From positions 13,702,001 to 13,766,000 of the forward strand of contig JAQFVV010000003.1 in the NCBI GenBank assembly GCA_028023455.1: DNA of 64,000 nucleotides. The letters are read 5' to 3'. The notes beneath the pieces are model-generated. The model was not told the DNA's origin and made no database searches. It saw nothing but the letters and a program-made list of their open reading frames with translations. The translations under genes were made by a program, and so were the position numbers. Shown in pieces: positions 23,481-38,112 of this stretch (its first letter is position 1; each line of letters opens with the position of its first letter). Source of the DNA: Epiperipatus broadwayi. Taxonomy: Eukaryota; Animalia; Onychophora.

Positions 23481-26400
23481 TTAAGACAATTCCATGGCAT
23501 TACAAAACATCTAGATAATAAAAGATTTGTATAAAAATTAAAAAAACACAATATTATGAAAGTAGCAACATATTACAGCTGCTAAGACTGCATCACATAT
23601 AATTATATGGACTTTGATCTGCTCCACATATAGGATATAGGCCCACAAATAAACAGATTGATCTCATTAAATTTATTCTGCCAGTATTATCTGATCTTTC
23701 TTCTTAAATAAAATTAATTAAATTAACTGAATTAATTTTTTCAGAAAAAAGTTTCCCTTTAATATTCTTAATTGTTTATCCTATGATTATGCTAATGACA
23801 CCACCAAAAAGGTAAATCAGATTTTTAAAAAATCTGAATTCATATTTACATTTACCACTGGAATAAAATATTGTTGACCAACAATTTTATCATTACAAGA
23901 AGGAGCGCAGCATGGAGAGAATTAACATTCTTGTTCCCCCTCCCCCCCCCCTCTAATGCAATTTGTATGAATTCTCGTTTTTCTATTAAAAAAAGTATTT
24001 TATTATTAAAATAATGTTTTTTTTTTGCTTTTCCTCAAGCAATTATTAATGAAACTGATTATAAAGTAACCTTTTATGAATGTAATTTTATTACTTTTAA
24101 TAGGAAAGAAAAATCCTAAACATTTTGTACTGATTCTATAGATATAATTAGAAAAACGATTTTTATAGGTTAAAAACACTTTGATGTCGCTTTATTAAAT
24201 TAAAAGCTTTAGATGAATTACTATGGTTCCCATTTACAATTACATATATATGAAAAAAAGATCATAAAATCAAAATGAGTACAAGTGTATATTTCTAATT
24301 ATAATATTCAATGTTACTGTTACACTTGTCCCAGTACTAAGCAGTGCCTCAAATCAGGAAGAGATAAGTATTGTTGTCTCAGTCATAATATGCATTTCCA
24401 TGATTTTTGGGAATTTTATAATTCCTGCCTCAGTAATAAATGTCTTTCTATTACAAACATTTCTCACAATAAATGTTATTTATAAGAAGTACTTTTGTCT
24501 ATAATAGTACCATTCTAGACTGCAGTCACCATTTTAATTACTAAAACCAACTGCTAAACAGGTATATAGGTCTATTACCAAAAGGGTGATGTAATTACAT
24601 TATACTGCTACCTAATGATACATGCAGAAAACCTGTCAAGATGATCTATTTTATTCAAAATTTATTTATTAATCAGGTCAAACTGTTCTGCCACATAAAA
24701 AATCTGTTACCCCTGTTTTATTTTCACTTAAAATCAATCTACCAATTTCATTGTATATGAATTTTCTAATCAAAGATAAATAAAATTGTTTTAAAGAAAT
24801 GTCTTTTAAATAAACTATCATCACAGCACCCAAACAAATTTAAAACAAAAATATTCAGTCAAATATAAAAAAGAATAAAATTTGAGGCATCAAGTGATAT
24901 ATATATATATATGTAAAATATCAATAACCTGTCAAAAATGAAATGTTTAGATTAACTATTTAATATAGGTAGTTCTCATATAAAGCAATTAATAAATAAA
25001 TACATCATATAAAAGTACCAGTTTATAAAGAAAATGGTATTAGATGCAAATAAAAAGTTAATAATTAATACATATACAATAATTAAACTCAATAAAATGG
25101 TATTAAATATAATTAATATAATATTACTAAATCAAATTTATTAAAAAATAATATACTTATTTTGCAGTTCAACTATAATATTTTGTCATCAGAAATGTGT
25201 CCACAATTCATTACATCATATTGAAGAATTAATAAAAACATAAAGATTAATGTTTGAAAAATAATGTACTACAATATATAAAATTATTAAATGAAATATA
25301 TAAAATTAATTAAACTATTTCGATATATTATTTATTTTAAAAAAGGAAAACAATACACAAATTTTTAGGCTAGTTTTGATGAAAACTACCTGAAACTGAT
25401 ATAGATTTGAACGTAACACTATCAATTAGTATCCACTGACTATTCAAGTTACTCCTGATGCAGACATTGAAAAAAAACTAAGAGGGGCATGCGATTCATT
25501 CGTTGATTACAAAACTATAATATAAAACAAATTTCATGGTTGACATTAAGAGCTAAGTACAAGCAGAGTTTACAGTTTTTTATAATAAACATCTTTGTAT
25601 TTTTAATCATTATATAATATACAGACAAGTAATTTTATGCAGATTCTCTTACATTAAAAATATTTCATTTTTCAGAGCATTGTATATAAGCTTTAATTAA
25701 AATTAAGCATTTGTTTAGTTTGGTATCTTAATTAATAAATTATATAATTTAAAGCAATATTAAAATAATTATTGATACCTGCTGACTCTAGTTGTTTATT
25801 TTAAAAATTTAAGAAAAAGCCGACAGCATTCTGATGAATAGTGTTTAAAAATATTAGAATGCTCAGTTGATTAAGAAATGGCATGATAATCGAAGTGGTA
25901 GATTGAGCATAATAGTTTTTCATTCAAATAACCAAACCTAGATTTTATATTATTTACCTCAAATGGGAAACAAGCCAGGAATTTTTATCTCTACTGACAA
26001 TTAGCATATAATGATTTTATTACTATTTCAAAAAGAAAGAAAAATTTGTGAAGTAACTAAACAGTTATTATTTTTATGCTCATAGTATAATTAATCCTAA
26101 ACTAAATCAATGAGAATTTTTTCAGATTGCAGTAGTTCCAAAAGATTATTCATTATTTTATTCATTTGTTGTAATTTATATTTACTTAAAATTAATCTTG
26201 TTCAAATATACAAGCCAAGAGCAAATTACCACCCATAGTAACTTTTTAAACAGGAATAATATAATACAAAATCAAAAATATAAATGTAAAAGTACATATA
26301 AATTTAATTGTAGTACATATAGTACATTTTAATTTCAGTGAAGATAAAAATAAACTTTTAAAAGCATAAAATAAAAATGTAAACAAACTTACCCTTACAA

Positions 26401-28184
26401 AAATCCACACACTGTAGATTCATCCATATATTTGCAATTTTTTTACTTGGAAATTATTTTTTTCTTGATGCCATATTCTAACTTTGTTTTCTGTCTCATA
26501 GTGAAAATTAAAATTGTTCTAAAAACAAAATCAAACTTACAGTAGTAGAAAAGTCACTTTCTTCAATTTTCTCATTTAGATTTTTTTTTTTTTTTTTGAT
26601 AGCATTAATCAGCTTTTCAAAAAGATCTTGAAATGTTTTGGGCACATGTAGCCTATATCAAGCAATAATGTTTATAATAGCATTGTTGTTAGCAGTTTTA
26701 CAGCCTTATTGTTAACAATTTTTCTTCTTCTAGCTAATGATAATTAAAATTGATCTCTTAAAAATAAAAACAAACTAATGCTAATAATAAAAGTCACTTT
26801 ATTTCTGCTTTCTCATTAAAAAAAATATTTTTTTGATGACTGACTTTAAATCAGCTTACTAATTCTGATTTTTTAAAAAAACCTGAAATGCCTTGCAAAT
26901 GTGCATCCTATATCAATTATGGGATTCTTTATAACATTTTTTGTCTGCTGACAGTCTTATAACTATTTTGTTTGGATTTTTTTTTATGGCAATACTAATC
27001 GGTTTTCTAACTCCGTTTTTCTGGTTTATGACTAAAATTATTATATATATGCAGCAGAATTAAAATTAATAATAAATATATTTTTATTATTAAAGACACA
27101 AATAAAAAGATTAATTAAACTTAAGTCTTATAATACATAATAAAAGTAATCTTCATTGTACAAATCTTAATTTAGTGAAAAAAAAAAGTTCATTGAACAA
27201 TTTGTTAAAAGTATATGCCTTCATTATAAATATGTTATTATAGATTAATATAAAGAATTTTGAAAAGAAATAAATGCAAACTTCACTAAAGATGACCTTA
27301 GTTGTGATCGACAAGACTATACCACAAGCATTTGGACATCATATTTTTGACCGTTTTTCTTGTTTTTTTTTCTATATCTGTTATAGACTCATGAAAAAAC
27401 ATTAGTAAATGGCATTGGTATATAAGTTTAAATTCACTGATCATTGCAAGTTTGAAAAAATATGGATAAAAATATCCCTCCCTCCTAATCGACCAAATGT
27501 AAGTTGAAAATCAATTTCATTTATAACATAGTCTTAAAGCCTTTCATTGGTTTTTTTTTTTTTTTTAATAATGATTGAATAATTAGGATTTGCACCACTT
27601 ACTAACAAAGTTAATAAACATTTAATGGTATATTCAAAAGATAATGAGACTATAAAAATAAAGAGGCTATTCCAGCCACAAATACGATATGTATTTATAT
27701 ACTCACACATATGTACATATTTCAGAAAACAAAAAACACGAAGCATTTACAAACTATTAAAATAAACATAAAACTTCATAAGGATTATCTTTGGCAGTCT
27801 GCTCACATCTGCATTCATTTAATTTCACTTGGTTGATAACATTTTCCAGGTGCATATATATAGATGAGTTTAAAACGCAAGTATTTATAACAGTGGCAAT
27901 TTAATACGGTTTCTCACTACTTGGTAATCGAGGAGAGTAAAAAAAAAAACAAGTTGAATATTAATTAAAATTTGCAATTAAAAGATTTATACTTTTTTTT
28001 TTCACTTTTTCCAATGAAATAGCGCAAATGACTAGCTCTTTAATTACAACAATAGCAACAAAAATAAATACGTTAAATAAAGTCCCAATATACATAACAA
28101 TTTAAGACAAAAATAAATAAATAAATTTTAAGCTTAATGTACTGCATACATATACCAATATATATGGGTGATTGAATAAACAAG

Positions 28185-28320
28185 TATCATGGACATCATT
28201 GAAACAATTAAGAAGCTGAAATGAAGTTGGGCTGGATAAGTTGCTAAAAAATGAGATATAGACTGTCAAAGACTTAAAACTGGCTTCCAAGAGATTACAA
28301 TGACCTTGAAAGAAAATCAT
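28185..28320 (+). pseudogene. RTE-type LINE C-terminal fragment
   Basis: DIIETIKKLK*SWAG*VAK resembles DII..I..LKW.WAGHVAR. Confidence 0.55.
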
Positions 28321-30149
28321 ATAGATAAATGGGGGTGGGGGGTGGAAAAGTTTGTTGAAGTGATGTAAACAAAAAGAAGAAAATGAATTAAACTTGACGA
28401 AAACTTCATCTTATAGGGAATGGATAACAGTTCAAAACGATAATAATATATATTAAAAAAAATCTCATAGTTCAGTACTTTGTTGAATTTTCCTACTACA
28501 TCCATGGGCTAAAATTTAAACCTGACTGAATTTTGATAATTTTCAAATATCTGGCATATAAGTAACCTAACCATCTGTCTACTATTAATCTTTAAATCTA
28601 AGGTATTAAAGTTAAGTATAATCATTTCATTTATTGATTACACTTTCAATCTTGTATGGAAATCTAGTGATTTTTACTTCTCCTTTAATAGTGATTCAAA
28701 GAGTCTGCATAAATTATCTTCATTGCTTTTCTATTTTTTATAATATTTTATTATTAATAATAGTAATACAATGATGTAAGATCTGCTGCAATGAATACTC
28801 TTTAAACATTTCATTAAATTTTTTACAATAAACACAAATGTTCTATCAAGCACTATAGAAACAGGCATCTTTATCATATTTTGTAAGATTTAGTTACGAA
28901 TTTAATTCACTTATTTGTTTATTTATATCTCTGGCAGTGAAAATACAGTATATATATATGTAATTTTTCTGCTATGAACATTTAATAATTTTAAAAAACA
29001 ATTAGGAAGCTATTTGTTGACATAAAAATAATAATTTTCAAATGAGAAATTATGAATATGGATGGAATGGTTAAATCAATAAATGCAAATGCTACATTGT
29101 TTAACATAGCACAAGTGTACCAAAATATTTCAATGCATTTTTATTTCAACATAATGATTGAAATTTACTATAATTTGTTTACATTAAGCCCATGCATGTT
29201 TTTAAAAGTTTAAAAAAAAACCTGAAGTTTTTACAAGTGATTACAGTTTTAACTAGAAAAAGACTGAATTTATGTTTTTCAAGTTTATATGTAAAGTTAT
29301 AAAATAAATTTTTTTCATAGTATAGTGATCAAAGAAATAATGGAAAACAAACACGTTTCCTGCACTATGGATGAAGGCTACATACCTTCAATTTGTTTAT
29401 ATTAAAGGAGATTGCATATTTTTTGTAGGCATAAAACTTTTTATGCTAACATTATGATTTGTAGTTTTCAGTAGAGAAAGATTACTTATGCATTTCAAAT
29501 TTATATGTATAATATAAAAGTTAAATTACATTAATTTTATATTATTTTTATACATATTTTTTTGATTTATTATTATATTTTTTCTGTTTAAATAACTGTG
29601 TTAATGGTAATTTTAATATAGGCTGTGATCTTGAACAGATTATCCTTGAATACATGTATTTTATTGTATGCTAGAATGAATGGAACCTATAATTAATGAG
29701 TTTCTGGAATCAATAAAGTTTGTTCTAGCAGACTTCTTTTTATAAGACATAATTTATAATTAATTATGGTTATTTTAATGGAAAAACATTTCAAACTGAG
29801 CAAGTATAAACAGTCAAATTATTTTCATAAACTATGCTAAAATTTTAATAAAAATATTGTCATTCACTAGCTATAATTCTACTCCATATACTATTATAGT
29901 CTGTATTGGAATTCTATATATTATTTTCTTTTGTTTCTTTTTTTATCCCATAAAACTAGTTTTCATAATACTTTATCTCTTAACTACCTTATCTGAAATT
30001 TTATCATTGCTTTTATCATTTTCATTTACTAATAACTTTGAAAAACATTTTTTACTATTTTGTGATTTACTTGTTTTTGCAATATCAGTCTTAATTCTCT
30101 CATTTTTTTTACCAATAACTCTATTTTAAGATCTGCATGATTCTATTCT

Positions 30150-30900
30150 CTTACAATTTATTAATTATATAAAGTTTAAATCTTTCTTAGCTTTTATGAT
30201 CTCTAGCATAATGTTAAAATTTTATTAACTCTCACCAGTGTTCTGTTATTTTAACCTTATATCTCTTGAATAAAATTAAAGATAAACCAATCTTTATGTA
30301 TATATGACCCAATGTAATTCTTAATCACTAAAAAAATTAAATTGTTTTTTTTTCTTCTCTACTTTATTCTATCTGTATTATTTTCACATAAGTTGACAAT
30401 ACTTTTAATAGATGCAGACTTATTACCATCTTTATTAATTATTTCAATAAACACTTTTTTAAGGATATTCTCATATGCTTTTTTAAAATTATAACTATAA
30501 TATGAGGAATCTCTTTCAGTCTTTTCTCTGACAATATTTTCAAAGGAAAAGTATCATCTACTGGTGACCTTGTAGTTCTTACTGTAATGTTCACCACACC
30601 CAGAAATTATTATCAACTTATAATGCTAAGTGATATATACTTAAGATTACTTTGTTAACCTTATCTGCTAACACTTTCATGAACAAATTAGTTTCTATGA
30701 GGATTTGGTTATATGTATATTATAATTTAACTTGTCTGTTAAAGTCTTTTGTTTCTTATAATTCAAAGTTTTTCTCCTTCCATTCTTGTATTTCTTTAGT
30801 ACAGTCCAATTGATAATTATTTCTAAGTATTGTAGCAATTTATTCATTTGTGAAAGAGATGATGTCTCACTACCACAAAGATAGCTATGGAATATACTTC
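30150..30900 (-). pseudogene. LINE reverse-transcriptase fragment (RTE-like)
   Basis: RSPVDDTFPLKILSEKRLKE...KKAYEN-like, matching RS..D.IF.L..L.EK..E...FID..KAYD. Confidence 0.55.
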
Positions 30901-31264
30901 TAATTATTCTAATCTTTTATTATACCTTTATCAAATAAATTCTACACTCTTCACTTGATTCTAGTACTTTTATTTTTATTATTGCTAAATATTTTGACTA
31001 CTAGAAAAGAATCATTTCAGTTTATGTTAAAGATAATTAATTTTTAAAATTTTCAAAATATTAATAATTTTTATAAAAATAAGCTTTAATGACGTGATGC
31101 AATAAAACAGGAATTTCTAGGCAATAAGACCCCCCCCCCCAAAAAAAAAAAACCCAATAACTCCTATTAACCAACATAGTTCTCTTTAATCAATATAGCC
31201 ATTAAAAACAGTTTTCACTCTTATAACTAATGCCACCTACTACAATTCTGATAAATCAAAGGAC

Positions 31265-31665
31265 AGATGACAGTATAGTGTTATAAAATCCTTGTCTCCA
31301 GAGTGGTATCTAGCTTTTGCTTTCATCATTGAAGATTGCAATTCAAGACTGAAACTAATGCACTTATGTATTCTTCAAGATATCCTGAAATTGAAAAAAA
31401 AATGTTTGTGTTGTTAAATCTAAGTTAACTAACTCATTATAGTCCATTGATTACTCACCCTTATAGTAGCTGGGTTTAGAATAGATAAAATTTATCGCTC
31501 TTGAAAGCACGAGAGGGTCATGTAGTGTTAATATTTATATTCCTTGACAAGAATAAAAGATAGCTACTAGATACAAAAGTGTAGAAGTTACAATTTAAAT
31601 CCTGGTTTTCACTGAGGAAAGCAAAATCCCAAAACTCGTTTAGAGATTTTATAACACTATATAAT
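31265..31665. mobile_element. Old PLE-derived inverted structure with two decayed hammerhead motifs
   Basis: TATAGTGTTATAAAATC (about 31275-31291) is mirrored by GATTTTATAACACTATA (about 31645-31661). Decayed cores: minus ATGATGA AAGC-AAAA-GCT at about 31295-31335, plus CTGAGGA AAGC...AAAACTCGTT at about 31611-31640. Confidence 0.5.
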
Positions 31666-32959
31666 TTAATGCCCATTGATTACTCAAACTCACAATAGAT
31701 GACTTTAGAGTAGGCTAAAAACAACTATCTTGGTATTTAATTTTCTTACCAAAGGATAGACTGAGTTCTCTAAACCTAATATTAAATCTATATAACTATA
31801 TAAATGAACTAGTTTGGGTTGAAAACCTTATTTTTTATTTATTTCAGGTTAATATCTTGAATAGTTTATGGGAGTAAAAAATGATCAATAAATGGATGAG
31901 GATATCAGCTCCAAATATGAATCACAGTCTTCAAGGATGGAGGCAAGTAGCCATGATGTCCATGTGTGCCATATAGTTTTTCATAAATAAAAATACAACT
32001 TTTGATATCTGGTTACTCAAGTTGTGCTCTTAGTAGTTTCATAATATTCAAAACAAAAGTATTGTGTTGCCTGCCTAGAAAAAAGACATTAAAGTTTATT
32101 GACTAGACTGCTGATTAAAAACAAACCAAATATTCAGAGGGATTGCTTTATTGTTTATCCACAGAAATTGAAATAGGTAATGTACTTCTACTAACTTCAC
32201 CTCATATAGTGTTATTTAGTAGTTATCTTAAAAGCTAGTTCCTGCAACATCTGCCTACATTGTTGCTTTGACTTTGTGATCAGATGAGGAATCATGAATA
32301 GTTATAAGTTACATCAACATTTTTATGTTTATTCTTTTGCTGTATAGTTGCAATAACATTTAATTACTTGTAAACAATCATTTTACAGTAATCACTTGAT
32401 TTTATACTCTTTTTCATTAGATGAAAAGTAAGACAGATATAAAAATAGCATTATTATTTTTAATATTCTACATTGCACTAAATCTTAACTTTTGTTTTTT
32501 TTCTGTTTACCTTCACATGTATTATATCAGTTATTTACAACCTAAAGACTATTTTTCTTCTCTATTACTTTCTCTTCATTGATTATACTGATACCTAACA
32601 AGGAAGGAATAGGTATGGGATTTCTAGAAAAATATCAATGTCTTTATTTTATTTTGGAATGATGGATTATTTTAAGAAAGTCATATGGTACACCATTTTA
32701 TTAAGAAATTTTAAAGAAATTTAATGAACCTATTATTAAAAATAATTTTTAAAAGTATAAATTTTTTATTTTTTTACTACTTTGAATATATAATGTCTAT
32801 ATTTTTTTCAGTTTTATTACATTCTTGGGTATATTACTTTGCTGATAATATATACTACTTGACTCTTGCATAATGCAAAATAAAGTTATTATAAAAAGTA
32901 TGTATTAATTCAGTTTCCAAAAAGTCAATATGGCTGCCAAAACCATGAAAAGGTTAAAG

Positions 32960-33402
32960 CCCATTCTCAATATTTCATTTATTTATTATTTCTTTAGAAA
33001 TTTAGTTTATACTTGGCCAGTACATTAATGGTACTAAGTGAGACAGAGCATTGATGATGGTCAGGATGTTTAGTATCTAAGCATTATTTGACTCATTGTT
33101 GTATTTTGATGGAGTAGCACATAAGTATGGCACATGCTAAATAATTAGCCTGGTCTATAGTGGACCACTTTCAAATACAGTCACAAGATGGACTGTTGAT
33201 TTATTTTTTATCATTGATCATTCATGATGACAAATGATTATTACTTTTGTGTAATGCTGATGAACTTATAGTTAGTTCTGTGATCTCTCATGCACATTCC
33301 TTTGATATTTAATTTTATATGGGTATGATTATGGTTTCCTATCTCCTCATAATTCAGTCCTAATGTGATCTATTGTTATAGATGGCTACCCAATTGTGGG
33401 AC
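32960..33402 (+). repeat. 3' end of an LTR of the element-A family plus PBS
   Basis: Aligns by eye to 4740-5273 and 11130-11560 (GGCCAGTACATTAATGGTACT...CAGTCACAAG...GATCTCTCATGC). Ends GTTATA at 33380, followed by TGGCTACCCAATTGTGGGAC. Confidence 0.7.
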
Positions 33403-34591
33403 ACTGTAACCACAGATTCTCTATAATTAATCCTATTTTCCATACTGTTACAATATATTCTAACATAGAAAGTCAGATACACTAAAAAACTTTAGAAATG
33501 CATAAACATAAGTGTAAATATTGCTTTGCTATCTTTAATGAAACATTATTTACACATGATATGCTTAATAAATAGCACATTTGTAGCATCTTTCACATTT
33601 TAATACAAAGTACACCAATGAAACAAAGGCTTATACAAGCTGTACAGTTTTTTTTTATGATCATAAGAGTGGTTTATAATGCAACTTTTCAGCACGAATT
33701 TAATCAATATTGCTTTAAAAATGCTTCTCTAAATACCTATTATTAACTAAAAAATAATAATCCCAGGTTAATCTTTAATATGAGTGATCTTAACCAAAGA
33801 TGGAGGAAAGTATCACATTCCTGTGAGCATAACACTGTGTTTAGTGAATATCACATATTTCAAATCTTATATAAACACTAACATATATTTTAACAATTAT
33901 GTATGATGTATGTGTGTATAATTTTAAAACAAAATAATTAAAGGGAATTTCTGACTAAAGTTTGGGCAAGATCAAATTATATCTGCTTATTTTAAACTTA
34001 ACATTAAATATTTTTCTTCAAATAAAATATCTAAATAATTATAACTTTGAAATAAAAAACAAGAGATTTCAAACATTTTATTGAATGTATTTTTTAGTAA
34101 TGTTTCTCATTGAAATATAAAACTAACTATCATATTGGCAGATTATCATATGTACTAATCAATTATTTTGGAAAACTAATTCAACCAAATAAAGATTTGA
34201 AAAAAAAAAAATCTATTGCTTGACAGATTAAATGTTTGTCAAGTAAATTATGAAAGGCAGAACTGATTTACTGTAGTTACAGTTTTCAGTCAGTTCTATT
34301 AAAATTGTAAACAACATTAAAGTTGAGACATTACATTGGTACAGCTAAGCTAAGCAATCTTATACCCTCAAAACAATTCAAAGTTGAAGGATAATTAATT
34401 CATCATATTTTTATTTAGTATTAGCCTATCTGCATTAGTAAAGCAACCATTGAAAATCCACGTGAGCTGGGAAATTATTGAATTCCTTTTTAGAAAATAG
34501 TTAACTTTAAAATTAAATTCTAAATGGATTTTTAAAAAAAAATTTTTTATGACTTATTGAAGTAAATCTGCCATTACAATACTTATAGCTG

Positions 34592-35325
34592 GGGTTTGAA
34601 CTCAGACTTTCACACGACCCACCACTCTCAGTGCCATCTCATATTGCTGACCCACCTGATCACACACATGTTGAAAAGATAAATAATCACCAATATACGT
34701 ATTTCATGCTAAACCAGCAATCATCAGTTGGTCCAGATTACTATCCTCACACACATATATAATCAGTACTCAGCTTTATATTAAGATAGCCAATCTTTAT
34801 ACTTTAATGGACAGGCTTCAAACCATTCCAACTCACAACTCTTTAGCCTTCCATTTCATTGAAAATCTGATGATGGAACGTTCAAAGCCCTTGTTAGTGC
34901 CAAGGTTGTCATCCTACCCATGTTGACATATTAGTCATTCTGACCCCTCATGTACAGGAGAATAATCCATTTATACGTACATATGCGAGGGATGGGCAGA
35001 CCTTTTACACACTATTTGTAAAGAGTTGTGAGTTGGAATAGTTTGAAGCCTGTCCATTAAAGTATAAAGATTGGTTATCTTAATATAAAGCTGAGTACTG
35101 ATTATATATATGTGTGAGGATAGTAATTTAGACCAACTGATGATTGCTGGTTTAGCACGAAATACGTTTATTGGTGATTATTTAGCTTTTCAACATGTGT
35201 GTGATCAGGTGGGTCAGCAATATGAGATGGCACTGAGAGTGGTGGGTCGTGTGAAAGTCTGAGTTCAAACCCGCATATAATACATATATAAATGCAGGTT
35301 TAAGTCTGTACAATGTATTAATAGT
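34592..35325. mobile_element. PLE-derived fold-back (arms 34592-34845 and 35019-35272) with a hammerhead motif in each arm
   Basis: Near-perfect ~250-bp inverted arms. Minus 34689-34732 reads ACCAA CTGATGA TTGCTGGTTTAGCAT GAAA TACGTATA TTGGT; plus 35132-35175 is the same motif. Same family as 56711-57215. Confidence 0.85.
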
Positions 35326-38020
35326 TATAGCTGTAATTTCATTTAAATACAGGTGCCCAATCTGCAGCCCAGGATGGTTAAATGCAAAATCGTAAAGTAA
35401 TTTATAACATTATGAAATTTTTTGTATGTTAATATATGTAACGATGTGATTAAAATAAATGTATATATATATATACTTATATACAATGTCAAATATCCAA
35501 TTAGATTTATGTTTCCCTTTTTTACTTTTATGATTAAAAAAGTATAAAAAAAAACACCAATGTTCTTTATTTCTTAGATATGTATATTTTCTATATTAGT
35601 TATTACAAATTTGGAACTTGCTAGATAATTTTAAAAGACTTTCCGAATGAGTGGCTGCATAATTAAGATTATTATTTAAGGACTTTTTTGCTTATTTGTG
35701 GGAGTGGATCACAAACATTATGTACAGATCTTTTTTTTTTTTGTTTGCCTATCAGCTTTCAGTAATATTTGTATGATAATGTGTAGCCTAAGACAACTCT
35801 TCTTTTTCTAATGTTGCCTAGAAACGTCAAAAGATTTGACATCTCTGATTTAAATAGACCATTATAAAAATGTTTATTTTCTAGAAATTATCAAAATTGT
35901 AATATTTTCATGTTATATATCTTTTTTACACGAGTACTATGTGAAATCAATATATGTATATATGTAGTGCATTGAAACGGTAGCAGTTGTTTGTATTCTA
36001 TTAATATATATATATATCTAGACAAAGTCAATAATAAGTTTCTAAAATGTGAAGTTACTTTTACCAGTTTGACAATAAAAGCTTCAAAAGCAAAAATATT
36101 TATTCAAAATAAAATCTTTTTTTTTTTTTTTAAATCATTTTTATTTTTTAATTATTTACAAAAAATAAAAAGAGTAAAAAAGAGAAAATACTATAGTATA
36201 AAGTAAAATTTCATGTCAACTTGACCTTGCTAATATAACTTATTGAGTTATATTATTTGCCATTTAATAGTAAAAATCTAGCTATATAGCAAATACATAT
36301 TTGTTTTGCTCGTTTTGATTACTTAAATCAATAAGTGAATCACAAATATATTAGCATTAATTTCAATTAAATATTTAAAGTGTCTTAGTATGTGCTGCTA
36401 AATCAATTAGTGCAATATCCTTTCTTTTTTTGACCATCTATTTTTTCATGTAATTTAGAATGTGATTTTCTTACTGTTAAGACTTCATGAATAAGCTAAT
36501 TTTTTTTAGAAAATATTCTATATCACTAATGAAACACAGGTTAATATGTAAAAAACTTAATTTCATTTATTCTTTCTTTTAATGGAGTCATACTCAGTCT
36601 GAGAGCTATTGGGCCTCCTAAAGGCTTAAACTTGAAAATTACAATTTATTTTCAAAGAGCAGTGAAAGTTATTCTTGCAAAGTGAAATTCTGTTAAAAGG
36701 CTCAAAGGTTTCCAAATACCAAACCTCGCATTCCATAATAATATAGAATGTGTGCTTAAAAAATACTTAATAAGAGCAAATTTAGATATCTGAATAGCTT
36801 TTTTTAAATAAACAGACTGACATAATGAAAAGCAACACAGATTTCAATGTGCTGCTGCAGTTTTTAACAAATTATCAGAATATTTCACTCTAGTGATATA
36901 ATTATTGCAACTAAAGCAGTTGCATATAGAGTTAAAACTTGTTTTTATTAATATAATATAAAGGCAGTAGAAAAATTTCATTTAAAGGTGTTTTGTAAAA
37001 TTCTATAATGGAAAGATCATAATATCAACCACTGTTTTTTATGTGATACTAAAGAGTCCAATATTAATCTTTAAAAATTTTGTTTCTAATATAAATTTAA
37101 GCATATTCTAGATTCTAAAGTGTTCTATTGTTATTAACATTTACATGTTATAAAAAAAATATTTTAATGCATCCAAATTATAAATAATAAAATTAACATT
37201 TATTAAAAATTTCAGTAGAGTTTAAACTTATAATGGAGGCGGGAATGATTTTTATAGTTCCATAAATAAAATAAAAAAATCTGACATGGAACCTGAGATT
37301 TTAGATTAATGGTAAAGACTGTATTATAATTACTTAAGGTCCTTGGTGCCATATTGAATTTAAAAAAAAAACTGACTTGAGACATAATTTTTACAATAAC
37401 TTCAGTTTTAATAATGTTAGAATAAAAAGCTTTTCATTGATAAAAACTAGAAAAACTAAGGAAATCAATAAGGCTAAGACAAATAGTGATTACCATTAAA
37501 AAAAAATTAAGGAAAAAAAAATTTCAACATACAGAATAATTATTATTTTATTGTTTGGCATAATTTTATCATTAATTAGTTTAAATTACATCTTCATTGA
37601 TAATTTCTTTATATTCCTCACAAAATTCTCATTCAAACCATATATAATACTTCTTACCTGAGATAATCCATAGCTTCAGAACTTACAAAAGTAGTAGCAT
37701 AAGAATTCTTCATTTTTATCTTGTATCCCAAAAGTTAACAAATCTCAAGGCATCTATAAAAAGAAGATTCATCCTAATAAAAGATATAAAACAAATCATT
37801 TTCAGAAGGTGGATATGCATTTGTCATCATAGCAATTGACTTCTTGTCTATCTAAAACTAGAAATTATAGACTACTGTCTATATCAATGATAAAATGAGT
37901 TCCATCTCTTCATTTTATATTTTTTGTAAACACCACTGATGTTTGTATTCTTTATTCACACCAGTAATGCTATCTTCTTATATTTATTGTCCCACAGAGA
38001 TATAATTTATTTGCATATAG

Positions 38021-38112
38021 CTCATTTGCTAGCTATAGACTTGAAAATAATATGATGCAAGATGTGGCAAAACGACTAACTCCACAGCATGAGTATCACT
38101 ACCAAGGCAAAG
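38021..38112 (+). CDS. Candidate isolated internal exon of an unidentified host gene
   Basis: TTATTTGCATATAG acceptor and CAAAG/GTAAGA donor. Open frame SFASYRLENNMMQDVAKRLTPQHEYHYQGK with no transposon motif. No partner exons were confidently found. Confidence 0.25.

Noticed and set aside
24290-24450. FEALLSTGTSVTVTL on the minus strand, resembling a retropepsin LLDTGA motif
   Set aside because: The catalytic Asp is absent, there is an adjacent stop, and there is no other pol context.
27284-27320. Hammerhead-like remnants CTAAAGATGACC...GATCGACAA, and similar at about 46305-46335 and 60610-60650
   Set aside because: Core and stems are too degenerate to support a call.
31320-31385. Minus-strand terminal-exon candidate YLEEYISALVSVLNCNLQ*
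   Set aside because: It lies within a PLE-derived inverted structure and overlaps a decayed hammerhead; no partner exon fits.
37658-37720. Minus-strand MKNSYATTFVSSEAMDYL followed by AG/GTAAG
   Set aside because: Short, with an upstream in-frame stop and no compatible downstream exon; such signals arise by chance in AT-rich DNA.
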